Positions 26,837 to 37,044 are shown, counted from the stretch's first letter. The stretch is 64,000 nucleotides of DNA from Roseibium sp. (GCF_048261595.1 NZ_JBLXFW010000007.1:6180-70179); one strand, 5' to 3'. A program made the numbers and translations. The notes: generated by a model from the letters alone, not told the origin.

Positions 26837-29800
26837 ATGAGTGCGAAGTCTTTTTTCCGTGCCGGCCTGCTGTCCGGAACTGCTCTGGTTGGAGCAGCTG
26901 CGCTGGTCCCGGCATTCTCTCTTGCCGACGAGATCATTGACGGGACCAACGAAACCGTAATTGGAACCGGCGGCGGCACGAAAGGCGCCAGTTGGACTGT
27001 CAGTGGCGGGCTGTATGTCGGCGACACGGCCACGTCCACGCTGACGATTTCCCAAGGCGGGGTGGTTACCAGCGATAGCGGCATTATTGGAAATATCTCG
27101 GGGTCGGACGGTACGGTCCGTATCAACGGTGGCCCGTCCATGTGGTCGAACGGTAGCGGGATCACCGTCGGCAACCACGGCACAGGCACACTCATTCTTG
27201 AAAACGGTGCCACCACTACAATTTCCGACTTCAATGTCGGGGCGATGTCAGGCTCGTCAGGCACGGTTACGGTAGATGGCACAGGGTCGAGATTGACCGC
27301 GACCAACAGCTTCCGGATGGGGCAGGGGGGGAGAGCCTCCGTGACCGTGGAGAACGGTGGCAGTCTGAGAAGCCGTTTCGACACGAAAATCGGCTATTCG
27401 TCCGGCGTACCAGCATCAACGCTCACCGTGACCGGAAGCGGATCCTCCTGGCGGGCATATGACGATACGTCCATAGGCTACTCAGGATCCGGAAAGTTCA
27501 TTCTCTCCGATGGAGCCGCTGCCTACTTCCAGAACTATTTGCGAATCGGCGAGAACGCATTCTCCAACGGGACAGCTCTCGTGACTGGCGCCGGGTCTTC
27601 GCTTTCGGCTGGGCCGTACGACATGTATGTCGGGAATTCGGGAACGGGAAGCCTGACCATTGCAGATGGCGGGTCGGTTGACGTGTCCTCGGGTACGGGC
27701 ACCTTGTATGTCGGCCGTGCCATCGGTTCGACCGGCACCCTGAATATCGGGGCGGATGCGTCCAAGAGCGCCGCGGCGTCCGGATCCTTGAGTGCAGCCA
27801 GCATTGCCTTCGGTCAAGGCACAACGGCCCTCGTGTTCAACCATACGAACAGCGACTATACGTTCAGTCAGAACATGAGCATCGACACGTCCGGAGACTT
27901 GACCATCCGGAACGTGTCCGGAACCACGTCGCTTACGGGTACAGCCGATTTTTCCGGCGGCAACTCCGCCAAGATGATTGCAGACGGGGGCGCGCTGAAG
28001 CTCACTGACGGCGGCACCTTCTCGGTCAATCAGGTCTTTGTGGGTGACGGGGCAGGAAGTGATGGCGTGCTCGAGGTCTCGGGAAGCACGTCGTCCCTGA
28101 CGGTTGGTGGCGACATGACCGTCGGCCGGAATGCGGACGGGTCGATTACCGTTTCAAACGGCGGCAAGGTGGATAGTACCAACTCGCAAATCGGCCGATA
28201 CGCTGGTTCGACCGGCACAGCCCTGGTAACCGGCAGCGGGTCCCGATGGATAGACGAATACGACCTGGTCGTCGGGGAAAGCGGGACGGGCACCCTGACC
28301 CTCGCCGATGGCGCATCGCTGGACATAGGAGATGACGTCTTCATCGGGCAAAATGCCGGCAGCACGGGAACGCTCAACGTTGGAGCCGGAGTGGGGCAGG
28401 CGGCAGCGGCCGCAGGGACAATCGGTGCCGACAGCATCAAGTTCGGAGCGGGTTCCGGTACGTTGGTGTTCAACCATACCAATTCCGCCTACGATTTCGA
28501 CCGCAAGGTTTCAGGCTCGGGAACAATCGCACTTCACGCCGGGACGACGAAACTCAGTGGTGATTATTCGTCGTTCACCGGCACAGCGGAGATGCGGGGC
28601 GGCACACTGGACCTCACCTCCAGCTATACCGGTGCAATTGATATCTACAGCGGCGTCCTTTCCGTCAACGGATCTGCCAATAACGCGATCTCCGTCAAGA
28701 GCGGCGGAACGCTGGGCGGATCCGGGACGGTGTCCAATGTAACACTGGCCTCAGGGAGCAAGATTGCGCCGGGTAATTCCATCGGCACGTTGAACGTTTC
28801 CGGGAACCTTGGCCTCGTCTCCGGCTCTGTCTATCAGGTCGAGGTGGACAAGAATGGCAACGCCGACCGGATCGCAGCCACCGGGTCCATCACCATCGAC
28901 AGCGGCGCAAGTCTTTCCGTGGTTGCGGAGAACGGCACCGATGACGGCAAGACCTATGGCGACAGGACCGACTATACGATCCTGACGGCAGGTACGCTGA
29001 CCGGTACATTTGGAACGGTAACGGACAACTTCGCCTATCTGGATGCCTCGGTCGCCTACACGGGAACGCAGGCGACGTTGAAGCTGGAACGCAACGACGT
29101 CAATTTTTCGACGCTTGCGAAGACCGTGAACCAGAAGGGGGCAGCCAGCGCGGTCACCAGCCTTGGTTCGGGCAATGCGCTCTACAATGCCGTTCGCAGT
29201 CTGCCGGCGGGTGAACCGGAGCAGGCCTTCAACGCGCTCTCGGGGGAGAGCCATTCGACCATGCAGGGCGCCTTCATGCAGGGAGCCGGGATAAACCGCT
29301 CGACCGTCAACCAGCGCCTGATGAATGTAATGGGCGGCGCTGGCAGTGGCGGCGGCGGGGGACAGGTTGCTGTCGCGTTCCATGGCGACGGGGAAGTGCC
29401 TCTGCTGGAGCAGATCGGCGCGCAGATGTGGGGCCGCGCCTATGGCGGCTGGGCCGAAACGGCAGCTACGTCCAACACCAAGGGTGTTACGAGCTATGGC
29501 GGCGGCTTCCTGGTAGGATTCGACGCGGAGATCGTACCGGATTGGCGCATCGGCGTAATGGCTGGCTATTCCCGAAGCCAGTTCGATTCCCCGTCCAACA
29601 GTTCCGGTGGATCGGCCGACGGCTACCATCTGGGCGCTTACGCCGGCACGAGCTGGGATCTGTCCGGAGGTGCTCTCGGCCTCCGTGTCGGGACAAGCTA
29701 CACGCTGCATTCTCTCGATACCGCGCGCACCGTGGCCTTCACCGGCTTCTCGGACCGCGTGACTGCCAATTACAACGCCTCCACGTCTCAGGCCTTTGCG

Positions 29801-30256
29801 GAACTTGGCTTTGCTGTCGGCATCTCATCGGCTGTCATGGAACCGTTTGCCGGGATTGCGCTGGTAAACCAGCACACCGATGGATTTACCGAAACCGGCG
29901 GGGCTTCGGCACTGACGTCGCAGAGCACCGACAACCTTCTCGGAGTTACAACGGTCGGGGTGCGCGCACAAACAATCCTCGGCGAAGTCCACGGCGTCAC
30001 TGCATCGCTTGTCGGCTCGCTGGCGTGGCGGCATGCGCTGGGCGATGTGAACCCGAGTTCGACCATGCGCTTTGCCTCTGGCGGGGATGCGTTCTCGGTC
30101 GCAGGTGCGCCGATCGATCAGAACACGGCGTCCTTCGAGGCGGGGCTGTCCCTGCAAAAGGACAGCGCATTCGACATGGAAGTGACCTATCTGGGAGAGA
30201 TCGGTGAGACCTCCCAGGACCATTCAGGCCGCCTTGGCTTCCGCTACCGGTTCTAA
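26837..30256 (+). CDS. Type Va autotransporter with a Gly/Ser/Thr-rich beta-helical passenger
   Basis: Signal peptide; repeats of the VG..G.G.L.I..GG.V type; APGNSIGTLNVSGNL junction; C-terminal beta-barrel ending LGFRYRF. Confidence 0.92.
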   Translation: MSAKSFFRAGLLSGTALVGAAALVPAFSLADEIIDGTNETVIGTGGGTKGASWTVSGGLYVGDTATSTLTISQGGVVTSDSGIIGNISGSDGTVRINGGPSMWSNGSGITVGNHGTGTLILENGATTTISDFNVGAMSGSSGTVTVDGTGSRLTATNSFRMGQGGRASVTVENGGSLRSRFDTKIGYSSGVPASTLTVTGSGSSWRAYDDTSIGYSGSGKFILSDGAAAYFQNYLRIGENAFSNGTALVTGAGSSLSAGPYDMYVGNSGTGSLTIADGGSVDVSSGTGTLYVGRAIGSTGTLNIGADASKSAAASGSLSAASIAFGQGTTALVFNHTNSDYTFSQNMSIDTSGDLTIRNVSGTTSLTGTADFSGGNSAKMIADGGALKLTDGGTFSVNQVFVGDGAGSDGVLEVSGSTSSLTVGGDMTVGRNADGSITVSNGGKVDSTNSQIGRYAGSTGTALVTGSGSRWIDEYDLVVGESGTGTLTLADGASLDIGDDVFIGQNAGSTGTLNVGAGVGQAAAAAGTIGADSIKFGAGSGTLVFNHTNSAYDFDRKVSGSGTIALHAGTTKLSGDYSSFTGTAEMRGGTLDLTSSYTGAIDIYSGVLSVNGSANNAISVKSGGTLGGSGTVSNVTLASGSKIAPGNSIGTLNVSGNLGLVSGSVYQVEVDKNGNADRIAATGSITIDSGASLSVVAENGTDDGKTYGDRTDYTILTAGTLTGTFGTVTDNFAYLDASVAYTGTQATLKLERNDVNFSTLAKTVNQKGAASAVTSLGSGNALYNAVRSLPAGEPEQAFNALSGESHSTMQGAFMQGAGINRSTVNQRLMNVMGGAGSGGGGGQVAVAFHGDGEVPLLEQIGAQMWGRAYGGWAETAATSNTKGVTSYGGGFLVGFDAEIVPDWRIGVMAGYSRSQFDSPSNSSGGSADGYHLGAYAGTSWDLSGGALGLRVGTSYTLHSLDTARTVAFTGFSDRVTANYNASTSQAFAELGFAVGISSAVMEPFAGIALVNQHTDGFTETGGASALTSQSTDNLLGVTTVGVRAQTILGEVHGVTASLVGSLAWRHALGDVNPSSTMRFASGGDAFSVAGAPIDQNTASFEAGLSLQKDSAFDMEVTYLGEIGETSQDHSGRLGFRYRF

Positions 30257-30262
30257 AGCCGA

Positions 30263-30751
30263 TCAGGATACCGGCGGGCAGGGGCTCCCCTGCTCGGCGC
30301 GGGACTTCAGGCCGCGCAGGCTTTCCATCGTATTGGCATTGCCAGGGAGTACGAAGCTCTGTTCCAGGGCCGTGCGCGCGTTGTTGATCACCGCCACGTC
30401 CTGAACCGCCAGCGTGCGGCACTGGTCACCGGTGAAGCGCACACGGATGCGGATAACCCGGTTGCCATTGTCGGACGGGCCAAACTCTGCATCGAGTGCC
30501 GGATTGGCATCGGTCATCGTACGTTCCATCACGACCATGTTCGCTTCATCCTGAACGACCGGAGTGCCCTTTTCCATGGCGCTGGCAACCAGTGCGGCAC
30601 GAACGGCAATCGGGCTCGCAGCAATCGCCACGCTTTGTGCGCCGCTCGGCACGTCGAGTGTCGGCTGCTGGGGCAAGTCGCTCCGGCGCGTTGTTGAACC
30701 CTGACAGGCGGCCAGGGTCAGGAGAAGGGCGATGGCGATCAGCTTTTGCAT
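30263..30751 (-). CDS. Hypothetical lipoprotein
   Basis: MQKLIAIALLLTLAAC lipobox; 162 aa. Confidence 0.75.
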   Translation of the reverse strand: MQKLIAIALLLTLAACQGSTTRRSDLPQQPTLDVPSGAQSVAIAASPIAVRAALVASAMEKGTPVVQDEANMVVMERTMTDANPALDAEFGPSDNGNRVIRIRVRFTGDQCRTLAVQDVAVINNARTALEQSFVLPGNANTMESLRGLKSRAEQGSPCPPVS

Positions 30752-30941
30752 GACGGTCCTTGAATGTCGCGGTTAACGGACAATCTGTTCTGGCGGTCGT
30801 GGGTTGTTCGAGCATCCCATGCAACCATTGCCTAGGTTAACACTTTGTAATCGATCGGGCATTGCCGAAGTAACGTCTCTGCCGGCAGGGCGGTTCCGCG
30901 CATGCGGGCAACAAATGCGGGCCAGGCTGGCCTTACGCGCC

Positions 30942-32390
30942 CTAGAACGTGTCGCCGGTCTTGAAGCCGCCGCCGCCGAAACCGCCTCCGGAGCGGAAAC
31001 CGCCGCCTCCGGACGAGGACGAGCCACCTCCGAAACCGCCGCCAAAGCCGCCGCCCATCGATCTGGGAAGGCCCCGGCCTTTCGGGAAGGCCACGCGGCC
31101 ACCCTTTGGCTTGCGCCGCTTGTGCGAGCGCTGCGCACGTGCCCAATAGTCCGCGCCGGAAATCGCGCCCTTGACCAGCTCGCCGAGCAGAATTGTCGTC
31201 AGGGACGTATCGGAGAAGGTGGAATCCCACGTGTCATAACCGCTGCGGCGGAAGTTCTGGCTGACCGAGGTCAGTTCGGCGCGGCGTCGGGAGATATCAC
31301 GCAGCAGCTCCCGATCCTGCCTGATTTCCCGCTCAAGATCCTCGCCGCGCTCGATCAGGTCCTCGATACGGCGCACGATCTTTTCGTCTTCGGGTGACGG
31401 GGTGTCGAGCGCTTCGCGCCACAGATCCTTGAGATCGTCAGCCTTGAGCGAGACCGAGAGTTGTTCCTCGGCCTTGACGAAGCCTTCATCTTCGCCGCGA
31501 GAGAAGTCCTGCAGAGCTTCGGCCAGCGTATCGGTCGAGCGTTCCAGTGCCTCGATCTCGCGATCCGTTTCGGCGATGTCCTGCCCAAGTGCGTCGATGC
31601 GCCCGGCAATGTCCTCGCCTGCGGTTTCTGACAGGGCGTCACGGCTCATCTGTGCAAGGCGGGCTTCTTCCTGCGCAGCAATTTCCGCACAACGTTCCGC
31701 ATGCCGCGCCATGCGCTCCGGAATGCCGGTCAGCATGGCGTAGTTGGCTCTGGCATCGTGATACCGGATCAGTCCGGCGACCCACTGATCAAGGGACCGG
31801 ATGATGCCGCGGGTCGTGTAGTCGGGTGTCCCGAAACCGCGCTCCCAAAGGTACATGAAAAGCCGGTCGGACTCGTAGGCCTTGCCCTTCTCTTCCCGGT
31901 CGGCGAGGGACGTCCGGGCCTTGCCGTCTGCAGCCTCGGCGGTGCTCGCTGCCCGCTCTGCGCGCTCGCGCTGGGCCTGATAGTCCGTATTCTTTTCCAG
32001 CCGTCCGTCTACCTCTTCCATGAGGTCGTCCATGCGGCTCGCGGCAGCCTCCTCCTCCTCGGCCAGGGCTTCTCGCTTTTTCTTCAGGTCGGCGTAGGAG
32101 GTTTCCTTCTCGCGAAGCTGGTCCGACAGTGTCTTGTAGTCGCGCGCGCGCTTTTCCATGAGGCGGCGCGCCTCGCGCGCTGCCTCGTCGAGCCGCGTGT
32201 CCAGGGTTTCCGCGGAATGATTGTCGAGACGGAACCGCGCGAGCTCCTTGTAGGCTTCGCTCTGCCGTGTCTGGATATCGGTCAGGGAACGGGTTGCCCG
32301 GTCGATCTGACCGCTCAGCTCCGTCTCCTCGCGCCGCAAGTCGCCAAGGGCCTGCTCGATACTCGAGAGGGTCTGACGTCCGCTCAGCAT
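30942..32390 (-). CDS. Hypothetical long coiled-coil protein with a Gly/Phe-rich C-terminus
   Basis: 482 aa of E/A/R/L heptads; ends GGGFGGGFGGGSSSSGGGGFRSGGGFGGGGFKTGDTF. Confidence 0.75.
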   Translation of the reverse strand: MLSGRQTLSSIEQALGDLRREETELSGQIDRATRSLTDIQTRQSEAYKELARFRLDNHSAETLDTRLDEAAREARRLMEKRARDYKTLSDQLREKETSYADLKKKREALAEEEEAAASRMDDLMEEVDGRLEKNTDYQAQRERAERAASTAEAADGKARTSLADREEKGKAYESDRLFMYLWERGFGTPDYTTRGIIRSLDQWVAGLIRYHDARANYAMLTGIPERMARHAERCAEIAAQEEARLAQMSRDALSETAGEDIAGRIDALGQDIAETDREIEALERSTDTLAEALQDFSRGEDEGFVKAEEQLSVSLKADDLKDLWREALDTPSPEDEKIVRRIEDLIERGEDLEREIRQDRELLRDISRRRAELTSVSQNFRRSGYDTWDSTFSDTSLTTILLGELVKGAISGADYWARAQRSHKRRKPKGGRVAFPKGRGLPRSMGGGFGGGFGGGSSSSGGGGFRSGGGFGGGGFKTGDTF

Positions 32391-32430
32391 GACAAACCTG
32401 CCTTGTCAGCGTTTTCCGGGAAAAGGGCGG

Positions 32431-33360
32431 CTACCATTTCGTGATTGCTCCCGTCTCCACGCCTGAAATCCAGTCGATGTCGGTTTCCCCACGCTTCTTC
32501 GTTCCCAGCCGGGTCTGCTGAACGATTCCGTCGTCTTCCTTGTCGCGCCGGACGCGGTCGAAGACGGCCTTGCTGACACGTTGGGCCCAGATGGTCACCA
32601 ATTCCGACTTGCCATCTTCTTCGGAGACAACAGGAAGGGGCACTGCCTTGCCGTCGGCATCGATTCCCTCAACGACGAGATAGTAGTTCTTGGCGTTCCG
32701 GTTTGCGTCAGGGATGCGGGTTACGCCGGTGGGCGTACCCGGCCGGGACACGATCTGAACGTCGTAGCTCTGCGCCAATGTGGCCGCGAGAGCCTGGAGG
32801 TCACTCGCCGCCTTGCGCGCTGCTTCCGCCTTGCCATCTGCAGCGGCGCTCAGGCCGTCTGCTCGCAAGGTATCGGCTCTTGTCTGGAGGGCCTGGTTGT
32901 CCGTCAGGCCCTTGACCCGGTCGCTTAGCTCGGCGAGCCGCGCGGGCAGGTCCTGGGTGAGCTCGATCCTGAGCGCTTCGGCGGCCCGCTCACGCGGTGC
33001 GACCACAAGGAACTGCCATCCGGCAATCCCGATGATTGCCGCCACGAGAAGTCCGGCCAGCCACTTCGACCAGGAGCCGCGGGTGACATAGAGAAGGGCG
33101 AGGGATCTTGAAAACCCGGACGCGGGCGGCGCATAGACGAAGCGATCCTGTTTCAGGCCCTCGACGCCGGCTTGCAGGATGTGATCAGGGACGTCGATGC
33201 CCTGTGCGGCATAGAGGTCCTTCAGGCGCTTGATCATGCCCTCGTCACGGGTGTCCGCGCTGAGTTCCTTTTGCACAAGCACTTCGTCGTGGCGGAGAGT
33301 ATCCACCACGTCCATGGCCATCATCAGGTCGTCGAGCGGGGCTTCAGCCTTTTCCGCCAT
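32431..33360 (-). CDS. Single-pass membrane protein (resembles DUF6384 family)
   Basis: LDDLMMAMDVVDTLRH N-terminus, TM WLAGLLVAAIIGIAGWQFLVV, C-terminal beta-rich domain. The family name is from recall. Confidence 0.65.
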   Translation of the reverse strand: MAEKAEAPLDDLMMAMDVVDTLRHDEVLVQKELSADTRDEGMIKRLKDLYAAQGIDVPDHILQAGVEGLKQDRFVYAPPASGFSRSLALLYVTRGSWSKWLAGLLVAAIIGIAGWQFLVVAPRERAAEALRIELTQDLPARLAELSDRVKGLTDNQALQTRADTLRADGLSAAADGKAEAARKAASDLQALAATLAQSYDVQIVSRPGTPTGVTRIPDANRNAKNYYLVVEGIDADGKAVPLPVVSEEDGKSELVTIWAQRVSKAVFDRVRRDKEDDGIVQQTRLGTKKRGETDIDWISGVETGAITKW

Positions 33361-33416
33361 AAAGCTCAGTCTCCGCTGGCAGCCGCGCATCCGCAATGCA
33401 GCGCGGCTGCTTGTCT

Positions 33417-34637
33417 TCAGCTACGAAGCGCGTTGCCTTCGGCCGCGAGCTTGGCAAGGCGGCGCTTGCCGTCTTCCACCGCGGTCCGGATCTCTTCAGA
33501 GTTCTTGGTCGACATGTCGCGCATCTCGTTGATGATCTCACGCGACTGGACCTGGAAGTTGACGACCGAGTCCACAAGCTTCTTGACCGAAGCTGCGGCA
33601 ACGGTCGGTCCATAGCCCGCTTCCAGAGCCTTCTTCTGAACCGCGTCGCCGATTTCGGCGAGGGTTTCCAGGCTCTTGTTGACGCCTTCCTTCATGGCAT
33701 TGAGCGTTTCGGTGCTCTCATGCAGGCCCTGCAGGCCGGTGAAGGAGGCATTGAGTGCGGTCAGTACGGATTCGTTTGTCGAGAAGAAACTGACCGACTG
33801 GGCATAGACCCGTTCCTTGGCATTGGTCGTCTGCATCAGGCGCGCCATGATGACTTCCGACGTGTTGTAGCCGATTGTCAGGTTGTCGGAGAGATCCTTG
33901 GCGACCTGGTAGCGCTTTTCCTCGTCCTGCATCTCGCGAAGCTTCTCGTCACGGGCAAGTTCGAGGCGGGCCTTGGCTGCCGGATCGTCGCCCGCATAGC
34001 CTGCGACGTCGGTCGAGGCTGCTTCGAGGGCTGCCTTGGCGCCGTTCAGCTTGTCCGTTGCGACATTCAGCACCTCCAGTGCATGGACTTCAGCCTGTTT
34101 CAGGGCGCCGCGGAAATCGCGGTAGGCTTCCAGGATCGTCTGTTCGCGCTCGATCTGGTCTTTCGTTGCCCGGGCGACTTCCTTGTAGGTGCCGCGAATG
34201 TCGTCGAAGCGGTCGGAAATCGTGCCGCGGCGCAGGTCGCGCCACTTGTTCGACAGGGTCTCGGTGAAGGAGATCTTGCCATCGGCCAGCTGATCAACCA
34301 GGGCCTTGGCGTCGTCGCGAATGGTGTTGAACGCGTCGGTGATTTCCTCGTAGCGCTGGCCGATATCCATCTGCTGGACCTGCGAACGCACGACCTCGTT
34401 GAACTGGGAGGCCTGACCGAGGGTCCGGGTGATGATCAGGATCTTGTCCGGCGACAGGTCGGAAATCTGCTCCAGGAGCGCGTTGATCGGTGCATCGGTT
34501 TCCGTTTCCGGAGCAATGCCGATCTCGCGCAGCTTGCCCAGGGCCCGGTCAAGATACTGCAAGGGGCTGATCCCGGTCGGCGCGGCTGGCGCGACGGCCC
34601 CGGCGGTTTCCTGTGATGTCCCATCCACCATCGACAT
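33417..34637 (-). CDS. TelA/KlaA-like helical protein (uncharacterised)
   Basis: RBS GGGAG before ATG 34637; 406 aa, all-helical; C-terminal pattern resembles toxic-anion-resistance proteins. Confidence 0.6.
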   Translation of the reverse strand: MSMVDGTSQETAGAVAPAAPTGISPLQYLDRALGKLREIGIAPETETDAPINALLEQISDLSPDKILIITRTLGQASQFNEVVRSQVQQMDIGQRYEEITDAFNTIRDDAKALVDQLADGKISFTETLSNKWRDLRRGTISDRFDDIRGTYKEVARATKDQIEREQTILEAYRDFRGALKQAEVHALEVLNVATDKLNGAKAALEAASTDVAGYAGDDPAAKARLELARDEKLREMQDEEKRYQVAKDLSDNLTIGYNTSEVIMARLMQTTNAKERVYAQSVSFFSTNESVLTALNASFTGLQGLHESTETLNAMKEGVNKSLETLAEIGDAVQKKALEAGYGPTVAAASVKKLVDSVVNFQVQSREIINEMRDMSTKNSEEIRTAVEDGKRRLAKLAAEGNALRS

Positions 34638-34820
34638 GTCTCCCGATTCTTCCTTCGTAGCGGCAGTCCTTGACGCCGGACGTTCATCCCGCAGCGCATC
34701 ATCTAGTTCAGGGTGCCGCCATGGAGTCAACGGCTTATCCGCCCGGCGAGCAGCGAGGGACAGAAAAGCACAGGCGTTGTGACCCGCCTGCGACACCTTC
34801 CGTTACCGGATCGCCGTGGC

Positions 34821-35735
34821 CTATGCGGCCGCGGCGACCGCGATCCTCGCGGCAAGGCGTGCATTGTTGCGCACAAGCGCGATGTTGGTGACGAGCGAGC
34901 GCCCGCCGGTAAGTTTCAGGATATCGCCCAGGACGAAGGGGGTGACATCCTTGCCCTTGACGCCCTGCTTGACCGCATTTGCAATGGACGTATCGATATA
35001 GCCGGCCATTTCCGCCTGCGGGATCTCATTCTCGGCGGGCACCGGGTTGGCGATCAAAACACCGCCGTGATCGCCGAAGGCTGCACGGGTGACAAGGAGC
35101 CTGGCGATTTCGCCGGTATCGTCGAGACGGTACGGTGCCTTGATGCCGCTTTCCCGTGACCAGAAGGCCGGCAGCTCGTCTGTGCCATGGGCAATGACCG
35201 GAACGCCGCGGGTTTCCAACACTTCCAGGGTCTTCGGAATGTCGAGCAGGGCCTTGGCGCCGGCGCAAACGACCAAAACGGGGGTGCGGCCGAGTTCATC
35301 CAGATCGGCCGAAACGTCAAAGGTTTCCTCGGCGCCCTTGTGAACGCCGCCAATGCCGCCGGTGGCGAAGACCTTGATGCCTGCGGCATGGGCCGCCATC
35401 ATCGTCGCAGCAACCGTCGTCGAGCCGGGCCGTCCGCTGGAGACGGCAAAGGCCAGATCGGCTCGCGAGCATTTCATCACATTGTCGGCCTTCGCCAGCC
35501 TGTCCAGATCGTCGTCGTCCAGGCCGATGCGGATCTTGCCGTCGAGCACGGCGATGGTCGCCGGGATCGCGCCTTCGCCCCTGATGTCCGCTTCAACCAG
35601 GCGAGCCGTCTCGACATTGTCGGGAAAGGGCATGCCATGGGTGATGATGGTGGATTCCAGCGCAACGACCGGCTTGCCATCGGCAAGGGCTGCGCGGACT
35701 TCTTCGGTCGGGAGGATGAAATCGGTGTGGGTCAC
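34821..35735 (-). CDS. psuG: Pseudouridine-5'-phosphate glycosidase
   Basis: PVVALESTIITHGMPFP, TTVAATM, FATGGIGGVH, GKDVTPF; GTG start. Confidence 0.95.
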   Translation of the reverse strand: MTHTDFILPTEEVRAALADGKPVVALESTIITHGMPFPDNVETARLVEADIRGEGAIPATIAVLDGKIRIGLDDDDLDRLAKADNVMKCSRADLAFAVSSGRPGSTTVAATMMAAHAAGIKVFATGGIGGVHKGAEETFDVSADLDELGRTPVLVVCAGAKALLDIPKTLEVLETRGVPVIAHGTDELPAFWSRESGIKAPYRLDDTGEIARLLVTRAAFGDHGGVLIANPVPAENEIPQAEMAGYIDTSIANAVKQGVKGKDVTPFVLGDILKLTGGRSLVTNIALVRNNARLAARIAVAAAA

Positions 35736-35841
35736 AGGTGGCCTTTCAGATCGGGAAGGGGAGGCAGGCGGACCGGGGCAAACCAGAAATAGTGGGCCGG
35801 GGCGCATGGGAAAAGAGGAAGGAGGCATAATGCCAGGGAGA

Positions 35842-36777
35842 TCAGGGTGAGATTGAATCCCAGCACAAGGTGTCGGCCACGGCGCCGGGACTTCCAAGGG
35901 TCAGCCGCGCGGCCTGGAGGCCTGCGCCGACGCTGGATCTCAGGTCGTGGCCATGCGCCAGGGCGCAGAGGGTGCCGGCAATCAGGGCGTCGCCGGCACC
36001 GGTCACGTCTATTATGTCTGCGCTGGGCGGCTGGAGCGCGCAGTTCAGCTCGTCTGATCGGATATGCACCGGGTTCGCACCATCGGTGACGACAACAGCG
36101 CTGACGCCGTTCGCATGGAGCTTCGAAGCAAGCTCCGCCGGAGGGGTATCCTCTCCAGCGCCTGCAATGGAAGCCGCTTCCGCGCGGTTCAGGATGAGCA
36201 GCGAAATCTTCGGAAGTATGGCCGAGAGGCGCTGCGCCTTGGCGATGGAGACCGCGTCGGCGACGAGTTGTCCGGCCGGGGCCTGGTCGGCGATCGCCGT
36301 CAGGACCTCGCCGGGCAGGTTGGCATCCACGAACCAGAGCGCATTGCGGTCGGCCTTCCCCACGGCCTCGTTGAAGAAGGCCGGGTCTGCCGTGGTCAGG
36401 ACCAGGTCGTTGATGCAGGCGGCGGCGAGGCTGCCGTCGGGATCGTGAAGGGCAAGATACTGGCCCGTCGAGAAGCCCTCGCGCGCAAGCAGGTTGGTCG
36501 TGATGCCTTCGTCCCGCAGCAGATCGCGCACCACGCGGCCGGCCGGATCGTTGCCGATAACGCCGTTCAGTCCGGTCGTGATTCCAAGCCTTACAAGCGC
36601 CCGCGCAACGTTGGTGGCGACGCCGCCGGGCTTTTGGGAAAGCTCGGCCGGAGTGGACGTTTCGCGCCGGATCACGCGTCCCGCATGGGCAATCGTATCC
36701 CAGTGAACTGCACCGAATGCCGTGACTGCACGGGGCGATGCAAGCAAATCCTGATCAATTTGGCCTGAAACGGTCAT
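35842..36777 (-). CDS. psuK: PfkB-family carbohydrate kinase (probable pseudouridine kinase)
   Basis: PGGVATNVARAL, DVTGAGDA PfkB signature; lies upstream of psuG. Confidence 0.75.
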   Translation of the reverse strand: MTVSGQIDQDLLASPRAVTAFGAVHWDTIAHAGRVIRRETSTPAELSQKPGGVATNVARALVRLGITTGLNGVIGNDPAGRVVRDLLRDEGITTNLLAREGFSTGQYLALHDPDGSLAAACINDLVLTTADPAFFNEAVGKADRNALWFVDANLPGEVLTAIADQAPAGQLVADAVSIAKAQRLSAILPKISLLILNRAEAASIAGAGEDTPPAELASKLHANGVSAVVVTDGANPVHIRSDELNCALQPPSADIIDVTGAGDALIAGTLCALAHGHDLRSSVGAGLQAARLTLGSPGAVADTLCWDSISP

Positions 36778-36977
36778 GCTGTCCTTGCCGAACCGATATT
36801 CATGGAGAGGGAGAGGCGGTTCGCCAGAACGAGCGCCGAAGGAGCGTGCCTATCAGCCCGCGCTGCGCCGGGCAAGCTGAGTGCCCGATACAAGCGCATC
36901 CGGGCGGCGAGTGATTCTGGGTATAACTTTTCGAGGCGAGAAAATAACGCTACGTCATATTTGTCGTGGGCAAGTGA

Positions 36978-36992
36978 GAACATATTTCGAAC
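36978..36992. promoter_or_regulatory. Alphaproteobacterial LexA box
   Basis: GAAC-ATATTTC-GAAC (GAAC-N7-GAAC). Confidence 0.85.
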
Positions 36993-37044
36993 ATGTTGAA
37001 AATAAACGTTAAAAAACAATGCTGCAGAGGATCTTGTCAAATGA

